64,000 nucleotides of DNA from Octopus vulgaris (GCA_951406725.2 OX597819.1:18104001-18168000), one strand, 5' to 3'; shown: positions 29,101-42,221, counted from the first letter of the stretch. Made by a program: numbers and translations. Notes: generated by a model not told the origin, from the letters alone.

Positions 29101-30309
29101 CGAAAGAAACACTGCAAAATACCCACTCCTGTCTAATGTTGATATGTTATTATCAATCCTCTGCATAGGCGTACTACATTTGCTAGACCCTGAATAAGTT
29201 GACACATAGAAATGTTAGCTAACACGCAGCCTAGTACAAAGAAAAAATGTACGGTTCTCCGAATGAAGGTAGCTTCAATAGTTCCTTGGAGAAGTCAATC
29301 GAAGAAAGTCGATCTCTGTACCTAGCAATTAAAATGCGAAAAATGTAACATAAGAAACATACCAAAGTGGAAAAGATGGAAAGTTGTGACAATGGAATCA
29401 ATCGACTACACCAGTCGTGGTTGCCTAGTCGTTATCAAGCGCGAGTCTATCCAACAAAAGCTGTCGTTATGTATGTCAAGCGTCATCACGTGAAGCTACA
29501 ATAAATGTCTGAGGCAAACATTACATACGTATATAATTATCACAGAATGGAAAGCTACCGGTTGACTCTGGTATCTGTTTGAATCCATTTTCTCTGAAAC
29601 CACGGAAAGGGGTCAAAATTGTAGAAATCATTTGAAAATATAAAGATTAATAGTATTACGGTTTTCAATGATAAAACTATTCAAATTATTTAATCAATAA
29701 GCCATGTCTGGAACCGACGGATCTGACCAAAAACGTTCAAAACATATAAAGCTAAACAATTGTACACACAGACCAGATATAGGTATAATCCATATCCAAC
29801 AAAAGGCATTTGAATACAAGAACACAAATCTCACAGTATCTCTACACAAGTCAATACATATGCTATGCAATATGATCACCAGCATTTTAAATATATATAT
29901 TTATATTATTATAGAGGGCACTTTTACACATATATGCCTCATGCTAGGAGGGAATCTGTTTTAAATTACCTGCTTCGAGAATTGTTTCGGTACGATGTGT
30001 TTATTTATTTTAGTAGTTTGACTGTCAATCTAACAAAAACGTGACAGTAGGGGTTACACCACCGCTGTATAGCCCTAGGAAGTATCGAACGCCTCCTGAT
30101 AGCTTTGACACATTTTTTCCCCGTGTTCTTATATAGATATACGATAGATATACAACCATTCTATCGCCCCACCACCGTACATGTCTCTACGAGAGATTTA
30201 GAAATTCAATATTTCTTATTTTGATAATCAGTGAATAAACTTCACTGAATATAGATATATAGAATTACGAAGCCGAGGCAAATATCACCGGCTGACCGGT
30301 GTCTGCTAC

Positions 30310-30355
30310 TCTAGGCCGATGAAGGACAACGATTCTGAAACACGGTGTCCCTAGA
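30310..30355 (+). ncRNA. Minimal type I hammerhead ribozyme, copy 1 (CCGAUGA core variant)
   Basis: TCTAGG-CCGATGA-AGGA caacga TTCT-GAAA-CA cgg TG TC^CCTAGA; predicted cut after 30349. Confidence 0.75.
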
Positions 30356-30673
30356 TGCAGTTCCGGCAGCCGGGGGTGTTTGTCTCCCCTTCGTATATCT
30401 ATATAAGGACACAGGGAAAAATGTGTCAAAGCTATCAGGAGGCGTTCGATGCTTCCTAGGGCTATACAGCGGTGGTGTACCCCCTACTGTCACGTTCTTG
30501 TTAGATTGACAGTATACAACCATTCTATCGCCCCACCACCGTACATGTCTCTACGAGAGATTTAGAAATTCAATATTTCTTATTTTGATAATCAGTGAAT
30601 AAACTTCACTGAATATAGATATATAGAATTACGAAGCCGAGGCAAATATCACCGACTGACCGGTGTCTGCTAC

Positions 30674-30719
30674 TCTAGGCCGATGAAGGACAACAATCCT
30701 GAAACACGGTGTCCTTAGA
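30674..30719 (+). ncRNA. Minimal type I hammerhead ribozyme, copy 2
   Basis: TCTAGG-CCGATGA-AGGA caacaa TCCT-GAAA-CA cgg TG TC^CTTAGA; predicted cut after 30713. Confidence 0.75.
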
Positions 30720-30945
30720 TGCAGTTCCGGCAGTCGGGGGTGTTTGTCTCCCCTTCGTATATCTATATAAGGACACAGGAAAAAAATGTGTCAAAGCTAT
30801 CAGGAGGCGTTCGATGCTTCCTAGGGCTATACAGCGGTGGTGTACCTCCTACTGTCACGTTCTTGTTAGATTGACAGTATACAACCATTCTATCGCCACA
30901 CCACCGTACATGTCTCTACAAGAGATTTAGAAATTCAATATTTCT

Positions 30946-30978
<33 letters not shown>

Positions 30979-31035
30979 TACTTGGAGAAGAAGAAACGAA
31001 ACGAAACAAATCGAATCGAATCGACGCGAGAGCGC

Positions 31036-31681
31036 TCAGTCATTCAATAGTGTAATGAATAAAATATATGCATACATACATACATATATGTACGTACTAA
31101 CATCTACATGTATATATACATGTATATATAAATATATATACGTGAGTACAGGACACCACAAATAGACGTAGAACTCAACGAGAAACGAAAACGTAAAAAC
31201 AAGCATGGAACGGACCATTTTTTTTACAACGAAAAAACAGAGTACAAGACAAACCACACAAGGAAAAAACCCCTTCATCAGCTGTCCCTAGTTCAACTCC
31301 AGCGTGTTTCGAAGGTGAGGACAGAACACGACTCGTCGAACTAGCCTTTCCTGCGAAAGAATTAAATAAAATTGCCTCGCAGATGGGTAAAAACAATGAA
31401 AGAAAGAAATGTGACACAAACAGGACGTAAAAACGATAGAAATAAAATTACAAAATAAAGTAGAAAATAAAAAATAAATTACAAAATAAAATACAAAATA
31501 AAAATACAATTACAAAAAAATACGATACGAGAAATAAAAACAAGCAAGAAAATAAACGAAGAGGGCCTTTTTTGGCCTAGAAGAGGAAGATTCTAAGAGC
31601 GTGAGAAAATCCGTGTGTTTACAGTTAGGAGACCGCAGGCAAAAGGTAGTAGTCAGCCGGCTGTGAGAGAGATGAGGAGGA

Positions 31682-31685
<4 letters not shown>
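31036..31685 (-). mobile_element. Non-coding interspersed repeat carrying a rearranged hammerhead-like motif
   Basis: 31145-31375 is homologous to 39905-40145; flanked by (TA)n; boundaries approximate. Confidence 0.6.
31270..31344 (-). ncRNA. Candidate non-circularly permuted hammerhead ribozyme
   Basis: Minus strand: CGTGT T^CTGTCCT ca CCTTC GAAA CACG ctggagttgaacta GGGACAG CTGATGA A GGGG. All core nucleotides and three stems are present, in a non-canonical order. Confidence 0.55.
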
Positions 31686-31753
<68 letters not shown>

Positions 31754-32970
31754 AAAGTGGAAAAGATGGAAAGTTGTGACAATGGAATCAATCGAAACTC
31801 TATAAGTTTCATGCACACAAATACACACACACACATATATATATATATGTGTGTGTGTGTGTATGTGTGTATGAAAGTTATAAAGTATATAGTCGACATG
31901 ATCACAATCAAATGAAATAACAGACACGCTTAGAAGAGATTTGCATCGACTAACAACTCACATTTTACACTACAGCTAGCAACACAATCTTCTCAAAACC
32001 ACAGAACAGAAAGCAACCACACAACATATATGCATTTTCTACAAAATCACAACCCAAAGGTTAAAAAAAATTATAACGTAAGCAGAACGTATGAAAGAGG
32101 AATAAATCTCAAGAACACGACACAACTGCTGATGCACACACTACGCAGTCTTTCGTTCAGAAAACCAGATGCAACACAAGAGTAACGGCAGTGACGAGCG
32201 TACAGAAAGCCACATCAAATCACAAACAGATGAAACAACATCAGCAGACAGCAATACTGCAAAGCTGGGAAGAACACTGAAGTGCACCTGGTAATGCAGA
32301 AGAGACACGAACGAATGAAACTGTCGAGAACATGATAAAGATAACATTATTGATAATAATAGCAAAACGAAGAAAGAACAGGAAAAAATAAAATTAAGAT
32401 TAGAATAACAAGAGTAAGAGGAAGAAATACAAGAAGAAAAAGATAAAGAATTTTCGCCAATAAAACATTGTCAGACAATAGCAAAGAAGAAGTTACAACA
32501 GCAACATGTATATGCAACTCAACGATTTCTGTGGAAACGAGACAGAAGATGTATGTAAGTTCACTTCTATATAATAATAAAACAAATAATTAAACAGAAG
32601 CAAAACAAGGAGAAGGACAACAAGAATAACGTAGGTAAACAATATGGTGGACGATGATTTAATGAGGACGACAAGAGTTGTATGACTGGCGATAGAGCCT
32701 GTGATAGATCGTATCTGATGCCTAAGCCGGTGTTGGATTGCAACGAAAACAAAGAACATGGCAGAAACATAGACATAAGATTTAAAAAACTCTCATATAC
32801 ACAAAGCCATGCACACACACACACAAACATGTATAAAAATACATAGGTTGTCAGACGTCACTCCATGTATGTTTGTATTTGCGAAAGCTTGTGTGTTTGT
32901 AAAATGCGATGCTCCAGCATGAACGCAGTTCAATAATTGGAGGTGGTAGCATAACGAATGGATGTATTTA

Positions 32971-33022
<52 letters not shown>

Positions 33023-33085
33023 ATGCATATACATATGCATGTATATGTGTGTGCAGATACACACATATACATAGACATACATACA

Positions 33086-33187
<102 letters not shown>

Positions 33188-33250
33188 GTGCATCAGCATG
33201 GCCACAGCTCTGAGGTGAAACTAGAAAAAAATATATATATATATAACTTT

Positions 33251-33373
<123 letters not shown>

Positions 33374-34127
33374 CATACATACATACATACATATATATAT
33401 ATGCGTACATTTGTGTATATCGTATCTTATGTAACTCTCTCTATCTCTATGTATATTCACAGAAACACACCCCATCGCGCGCGCGAACACAAAGTAAAGT
33501 AAAGTTAGATGGAAAGAGCAAGAGCCAAAGAGAGGCGGGGAGGGTGAAAGAGGAAGGTGAAGAGAAGAGAAAGTGAGAGAATCTAAGTGTTGCTTCATTA
33601 TCTTCAAAACAACCCAAAACGTTACGGATCGTGTTTAAACAATTTTAAAAGGCACCCGTAAGCGGTGCGCCGCTACTGACATTTGCATGACTCTCTACAA
33701 GACGTACGTTTAAGTGCGTATGAGTGCGTCTGTGTATGCGTGTGCAGATTAGAGTGTGTGATTATCAGAGTGGTTGCATGTGCGTGTGCACACGTCTGGT
33801 GATACGGCATTTAAAGATAATTATACACAGATGCTATCGTTTGCTTGTTTAATAAATATACGTATATTTTGTGGTTTTAAATAGAGTCAAAATGTTGTAG
33901 ATTGTATTACATCTGCGATCATTAAGTTGAGCTGTTTTATACTTGGTTTCTGATTAATGCATTGTGATAAATGGTTAGATACATCTACCTTCTTTTTAAA
34001 CTCTCGGTACATATGCGTGTATATATATAGATATAAATATGTATGCATATTTATGTATATATGTGTGTATATATGTATACATGTATGTATGTACGTATAT
34101 ATATGTATATATGTATGTATATATGTA

Positions 34128-34164
<37 letters not shown>

Positions 34165-34317
34165 GTATGTATGTATGTGTATGCGTGTGCATGTGTGTAC
34201 GTGTACATTTGTGTGTGTATTTGCCTACTTGTGTGTACCTGTGTGTATCAGTATACACTCCTGTACATATATACTTATGTATATATATATATATATATCC
34301 TCACTCTCACTCTCACC

Positions 34318-34399
<82 letters not shown>

Positions 34400-35247
34400 C
34401 CATATATATATGAGATAGGTGGATAGATAAATAGAGAGGGGGATAGAAAAAAAAAGAAAGATAGAAGCAGACCGACAACGAGCGAGAGAGGGTTTGCGTG
34501 CGTCGTCTCCTGATATAGTTATTTAGATAAATATTCTCATACTTTGCTGCACAACGCAAAATACTTGTATACGCATGTGTATGTGTGTGTATGTGTGTGT
34601 GTTTGTGTGTTACTTTGTGTGTGTCTGCTTGGATAGATGTATACATACACACACATACATACTCCCAAACATAAACATAAATATACATGCATATACGCAT
34701 ATATGTATCCATGTGCTATACTTAATGCATGTATACAGTAAATAGGCATATTACACCGGTATTTGTCCTGAAATGTATATGTTAAGCATCGATCAGTGGA
34801 GCTGCTTCCGATGTTTCAATGCAGGTTACAGGGCTAAGGGACGAAACTCCGTCCAAGTGGGACTACGTCTCTGCAATTTATTTTCTATCGACGAAGCATG
34901 TTGCTCAGTATCAGATCTTGCTGTATTCGCTATAATGATTCATTAGTAACTATTGTCATTCTGATAAGTTTCTCCAGGTTAAATGTTTATTTAAATATAT
35001 GATTGATCTATAGAAATGATTAAAAAATGCCATGCACTCACAACCACACACGCACGCGCGCACACACACACAGACACACACACTCACACATGTATATATA
35101 TAAAATGAGCCAAATAGTGATTTAAGCTTTTGCAGGTACAGATCGAAGCCAAAAGGACTGATTGCTTTAAACTCACATCAAGACAAACGCACTCCAACCT
35201 TCCTTCCTTCTTTCTTTCCTTTCGTTCTTCATATCTGTCTCCCTCTC

Positions 35248-35314
<67 letters not shown>

Positions 35315-35335
35315 ATATATATATATGTATGTATG

Positions 35336-35368
<33 letters not shown>

Positions 35369-36184
35369 GATACTTGAGAATTAGTTGGTTGTCATAATAA
35401 ATCTCAGAGTTTCGGATCCCGGGGATGAAGTCTGCTCTGGCATCTCATCAGTTATTAAGACAAACAAATACGCTATCTTTTTGTTTGTCTTAATAATACG
35501 ACAAGAAGGACGGAAAAAACGGAGAAATGTTACACAAATGCAAATGCAACAGGTGTCTTTCGACTAAGGACGAATTAGATTAAAGCTGGCGTGTGTGGAA
35601 ATAAAGCCTAACGGCAGGGACATAGGATTTGACTGGCACAGGGAGGAATATAGATGTTGCCTGGATGGTAGTCGAACCAAGAAATAAAGGTCAGGCTTGG
35701 TCGAACACCAGTCACGTGAGGAGAGAAGAGAGAGAAAGAGGTAAGGGGAGAATTAAGGGGAGGCGAGAAGAAATAAAAGGGACAGAGTGAAGTGAAAGAG
35801 GAGGAAAAGTGAGCATGAAGCGGAGGCCAGGAAATGTGAGAGAGCGGAAACGAAAGAACGAAGATTGGAATGAAGGATGCATGTGTGAAAGGGCTGACAG
35901 AAAGAAGGAAACAATGAATGAATAGAAAGAATAATAGGGTTACACACACACGCACACACACACACACACACACATACACACACACACACATATATATATA
36001 GGTACACACACAGACACAGACACACACACACACACACATACACATATATATATATATATGTGTCATCTCTTTGTGTATTTTTGCGTTCTTGTCCCACTTT
36101 GTAATTTATATTTTATATTTAATTTCTATACATATATATATATATATAGGTACACACACAGACACAGACACAGACACAGACACA

Positions 36185-36252
<68 letters not shown>

Positions 36253-36944
36253 TACACACACAGACACAGACACAGACACACATATATATATATATATTCG
36301 CTTACAAACATATATGTATATATGGTTGTATGTATTTATGTTTATAGAGAGAGAACGACTGATAGAGATATCTACATATGTTGAAGTATAAACTATTGTG
36401 ATATAAAAAGGAAAATCTGTACACTATATCGACGCCCCTCACAATTAAACATAAGAGAGCGCAGACGTGAATGAATCTACACATCTGCAAAGAAAAAAAG
36501 CAAATGAAGAAGATATCGCCGGAACAAGATCACTAGAGCAACGCAACAACAAGAACAACAACGCGACCAACAATAGCAACAACGCCAACAACATCATCAT
36601 CATCATCAGCAGCAGCAGCAGCAGCAGTAACAGCAACAATCAAATCAACAATATCTGCAAGAACGACCACAACAACAACAACACCAACAACAACAGTAAC
36701 AACAAGACAAATATAAGAGTTCAAAAAATGCTAACAACATTTGGAAGAAAACGAAAGGCCGCTTTAAAATTGAATTAACATACGCAAAGCATGATGGGAA
36801 TGAAGACACTAGGAATACTCTGGTGCCACCTCGCGGCTGATTTACTCCGTGATTTATAAGAGTCTTCTTTGTCACTATTAATTAAATTCTGGTAGCTTTT
36901 TTTTTTTTTTTACTGGTGGTTGTTTTTGTTTCATGTATTTATTT

Positions 36945-37860
36945 TTGCGAAAGAAATCAGAATTGTAAGGAGTGGCGATGGGGAGATGAAAAAAAAAGAA
37001 GAGAAAGAAAGAAGGAAAGTAAGAGATGAAGAGAGTGAAAGAGAAAAAGAAGGAATCAGTAGAGACTGATGAGTTGTAAGACGAAGGTAACTGAGAAAGA
37101 AAGGAAGAAAGAAAGAAAGCGAGAGAGAGAGAGAAATATATGAAAGGAAAAGAGGAGACGAATGAGTAAAAGAAGGATATTGATTGAAAGAATGCAATGA
37201 AGATATAAAGGATGGAATTGAAAATGATGGAAATAGAATAACATGAAAGAAATAACAGAAGAACAATGGAAGGAAAGGAATAAGGACAAATGAAAACAAT
37301 GAAGGAAAGAATAGGAAAGGATAGGGAAAATGAGAGAAGAAAGGCGGAGAGTGAAGTACAGGACAGACAGAATGCCCGAAGAATGGAAGATCGAGGGAAA
37401 AGATTGGAATTATAAAGAAATTCTATAGAAAATCAGGCTGGGTGGTGGGAGGAAGAAAAAAAAAAGAGCGAATAGAACGAAAATAATGAAAAAAAAAATA
37501 GATAAAGCAATAAATGAATAAATAAAGAAATGAAGAAAAAAGATAAACATGCAGTGAAAGGAGTGAAGAAGTAGTATTGTATACGATGAGAAAGACTGAA
37601 GGAATTAGAGATTGAAAGAAATAAGAAGAAGAAAAAAGAGTATTTAGGAGGAAATAGATACAAGAAAGAATGAGAAGAGAATGAAAATGAATGATAAAAA
37701 TAGTCGAGAATTAAGATGATAAAGAAAAAGTGGTAGAAGGAAAAAGAGAGAACGAGGAGGAAGAGAGACACGAAAAAGAAAGAAAGGGAGAGAGAGAGAG
37801 AGAGAGAGAGAGAGGAAGAGAAAGTATGTGTGTTGTTAAAGAAAGTAAATAAAAAGAACG
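36945..37860. repeat. ~0.9-kb purine-rich (A/G) low-complexity tract
   Basis: Direct reading. Confidence 0.85.
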
Positions 37861-38162
37861 TTGAGTGTATTTGTTTGTTTATTTTTTGTATGACTTTTGA
37901 GATGAGTGAATCAGACATATTAAAGCTGTAAAAGTGAGTTGGATTTGGTTTTTGTTTTTTCTTCTCTTGTCCAGAGTGGTGACTTTCTGGGGATTTAATC
38001 TTGTTCTCTTAATGAATTGTGTGAAATAGGTTATATAACTGGAATTGGAGCGAGGTGGAAAGGGACAAAGAAGAGAGAGAGAGAGAGAGAGGAGCTAGAG
38101 AGAAAGAGAAGGATCGAGAAAGCAGTAACGAGAAAGAGAAATAATGTGTGAGAAAGAGAGGG

Positions 38163-38195
<33 letters not shown>

Positions 38196-38326
38196 GAGTG
38201 TATGCATCTGTATGAAAGGGTCAAAGGAAAACATGTTGGTGGAGGTGAAAACAGTTATTCAGATACTAATATACGATTACAAAACCACATGTATGCATAT
38301 AAATATATGCTTGTGCATAGAAGATA

Positions 38327-38445
<119 letters not shown>

Positions 38446-38780
38446 AGGTATTTATATGTATATATACATAAACATACTGTATCATATATTTAATAACACA
38501 ATATTTTAGTCGTACGTTTATAGAACTACAAATCGAAAAACGTGTAAAAAAAAGTCTCACCCAGCATGGTTTTTTGAATGTAGAGTATGTTATTTTATAT
38601 TCCAAACATTATTACTTAATAGCAGGTTGTTTCATCTAAAGAATGGTACAGCCGTATCAAGAAGCGCCAGAATATAAGATGCTAATAACGGATATGATTG
38701 GAAGTTGGGCAGAACAAGGCGCAAACTAACGAACGGATCGGTACAGACATTCTTAACGCCATATCTAAACTGACACATAA

Positions 38781-39168
38781 TCTCTCTCTATATAAAGCTG
38801 AAGTTGTCTGTGTATGGCATGTTTGGTAGCCTTCAACTAACACTATCTCCTTCGAGACCCTGAGGCGCAAGTTGACCAGAACTGAGTGTATGATAGAAGA
38901 CTTGCTCTTCCTTCCGTAGAAGATAAAATTCAAATCGGACCATGTTAACGCCAAAAATTATTTACATCAAAAAGGTGCTTTTTTTCTATGAAAATGCCTA
39001 TCTTTTACGATTTTTTGACTGCTGTGTCGCCATTTTTCGGTGTATTACAACCAAAAAAATGTTCACTTAAAGAGAATAACAAGCTACATAATGCCAAATT
39101 TTTCTTTTCAAAAATTCCAATTCTAAAGGGTCGAAACAAACCCGAGCAACGCCGGGCGATACTGCTAG
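38781..39168 (+). mobile_element. Complete non-autonomous Helitron (388 bp)
   Basis: A|TCTCTCTCTATATAAAG ... CCCGAGCAACGCCGGG CGATACTG CTAG|T: 5' TC, subterminal hairpin, 3' CTAG, inserted between A and T with no TSD. Confidence 0.85.
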
Positions 39169-39687
39169 TAGTAAATAAAAAAATTCAAGAGAATGCGGCG
39201 CCGCAATCATATAACAGTAGATATATACAACATGTACGCAGTAAAAACAGATATATACATATATGGACATAGAAATGTATAGATATTTTTATGCAGATGT
39301 ATCTAAAATATCACAAGGGGTGATTTTTTCGTGCATGACTCTTCTTTAAATGGTTTCTAAATTTTGAATTTACTCATTGTTTGAGAACGTATTGCAATTT
39401 ACCCCCGGAAATTCGAACAAAAAAATGCATGACTGGTGAATCACGTGATTAATTAATTAATTTGAAAATAGGGACGTTAAGAAAGAAAGGGCAAAATATA
39501 GAATAAAATAAATATAGCGGAATCAGACCGTGTAAACATACCCACAACAGAGACATTGATATATACATATACCCATATACCTATATTCATACATACATAC
39601 ATCTATCCATCCATCCATACATACATATAGACATATATATATATATATGTATACAGGTATGTATATATATAAATATATATATCTATG

Positions 39688-39718
<31 letters not shown>

Positions 39719-39747
39719 ATATATATATGTATATATATATATACATC

Positions 39748-39790
<43 letters not shown>

Positions 39791-39791
39791 G

Positions 39792-39826
<35 letters not shown>

Positions 39827-39904
39827 ATATATATATAAGTATATGCATATATACATATATATATGTACATACCTACATATATATGTATACATACATGGAT
39901 ATAT

Positions 39905-40190
39905 GGGTACAGGACATAAAAAATACGAAGACACAATAAGAAACGAAAGCATGAAAACAAAAACAGAAAATGAACTTTTTTTCGAACAACCAAGAAACAA
40001 ACAGAGAAACAATACATGCAACATAAAAAAAAAATTCTTTTCATGAGATATCCCTGTTTCATCTACTCCGCGTTACGAAGGTAAGGACTATACACGACAT
40101 CATGTTATCTATCCTTCCCGCAAAGCAAATTAAATAAAATTTGGAATTTTTTCGGATGGTGTAAGTGGTAAGAAAACCAGGAGTGTTCAA
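39905..40190 (-). mobile_element. Decayed second copy of the 31036-31685 family
   Basis: Shared GTACAGGACA, AGAAACGAAA, CGAAGGT.AGGAC..ACACGAC and ATTAAATAAAATT blocks in the same order. Confidence 0.65.
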
Positions 40191-41039
40191 CCTTCAATTT
40201 TCAGTCGCTCATTTGTTCTATTCATAAAGCTGAATCACAAACGCAGACATGTGTATATCCGAAACAGCTGTAAGCCTATGAAAGTGAATACATGTGTATA
40301 ACCTATTATTTTAGAATATTTTATATACATTTATATGAACATGGTCGTGAATGAATGTGTCTGTGTGTGTGCATGTGTGTGTAAATATAAAGGATTATAT
40401 TGCCATTTGTTTAACATTTCGCTATTACCATTGTCAGCATGACAATCACAGACACATGTAAACACTCGTGGTTCGATAAACTTGCTGGAAATTGAAACCA
40501 AATCTCTCACAAATAACATCAGGAATTCTTGAAACAAGGAAAGTCACGGTAGTTAAAATTACACAAAAATACTGTATGTTTCTGACTGGAACAACTTTGA
40601 TCAAAAGTCAACTCAATAAGAGATGACACGTTGTAAAACAAGGAAAAAGTACGAATAAAAATATTCACACTAAACACGAATATAATGCTGATGAAATGTG
40701 AATGAATAACGCAGCAACATGCAAACCAACGGCTAACAAAGATGAAGCAAACAGCAGCAAGAAGAGTAAGTGAAACAGTGAGAAAAACAGCAGACACACA
40801 ATTATAGCGCAATAAAAGGAAAGCGTAAACTGAAAAACAAAATAGATTAAATAAACAAAGTGAAGAAGAATTAGTGTTTAGGAGTAAAACGTGTGAGTGA
40901 CGCTAGAAAGACCACGTCTGGAGAGATTTTGAGGAGCAGAACATGCATAAGAACTGTATCACATTTAACGTGTATCACAATGGGAAACGGAAAATTTCAG
41001 TTCTAAACTTTACCAACAACATTCGGCGTGTATTGTATG

Positions 41040-41106
<67 letters not shown>

Positions 41107-41271
41107 ATGCGGATGTAGATACGCATGCGTACATATATGTATATTTACAAATATTTACACACATATATGTACAAAGGCATGTAACCGTGTGTAAGAATAT
41201 ATACACGTATACATATATATAGATATACACGCACACGCACATACACATATATATATATGTATATACATACA

Positions 41272-41307
<36 letters not shown>

Positions 41308-42068
41308 TTTATATTTATATATATATATATATAGCATAATGTATATTTGTGTGTGCATGTGTGTGAGAGCATGCACGTCTGTGTAAATATATTTATATGT
41401 ATAAAGGTATATACATATATATTTATAAATGTACATATCGATATATGTGCCTAGATATAATATATATGTGAGGGTGTGTGTTTGTGCCTGTATGTGTGTG
41501 TTTGTGTGTGTGTGTTTGCTTTTCTGTTGCCAGTATCTGTATGTACGTATGTGTTTCTGTTTTTTTTCAGTGTCTTCATGACTGTTTCTGCGCCAGACCA
41601 TTTATGCATTTGTGCAATTGTACACTCTGAATAGTTGTGGGTGTGTGGTTTAAATATATATATATGTGAACACTCATTTTTACTAGCATGTGTATATAAA
41701 AAGCACTTAGTATATATGGATCATGCCGAGAAGGAGAGACAAGTAGAAATAAAACTGGGAAGATTAGAAATCTGTAACATTTGGCCGTTAGAAAAGTCTA
41801 AAATTGCACGAACGAAGAACCGAGGTCTGAAAAAAGCAAATGAAAATAATCGTTGCTTTACTGTCTCTTCACATTTGCTTCTTTCTTCCCCCGTCTTATA
41901 CGTATTTATATTTATTTGCATTTATTTATTTGTTCATTTATACATTCGCCTACACATTCATGTTATCTTAACCATTTCGATTTGTTTCGTTCTTCGTTTA
42001 GCATTACCTTTGTGTTTTGTTTCTTATGTGTGAGTCTGAGAGCGTGTACATATGTATGTAATTACGTT

Positions 42069-42114
<46 letters not shown>

Positions 42115-42169
42115 TATATGTATATATATATATATATATAGCTATGTATGTATTATGTATGTATGTATG

Positions 42170-42221
<52 letters not shown>

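Larger units (their letters stand above)
30021..30947 (+). mobile_element. Retrozyme/PLE-type tandem repeat: ~2.2 x 364-bp units plus a 5' inverted segment
   Basis: Units start at 30151, 30515 and 30880; 30021-30144 is the reverse complement of ~30391-30513; each full unit carries one HHR motif; no ORF. Confidence 0.85.

Noticed and set aside
30151-30947. Interpretation as LTR pair or plain satellite
   Set aside because: No TG...CA ends, PBS/PPT or internal region; units abut head-to-tail and each holds a ribozyme motif.
34810-34880. GGGACGAAACTCCGTC resembling a hammerhead 3' half or CRISPR repeat
   Set aside because: No CUGANGA partner and no repeat-spacer array; eukaryotic context.
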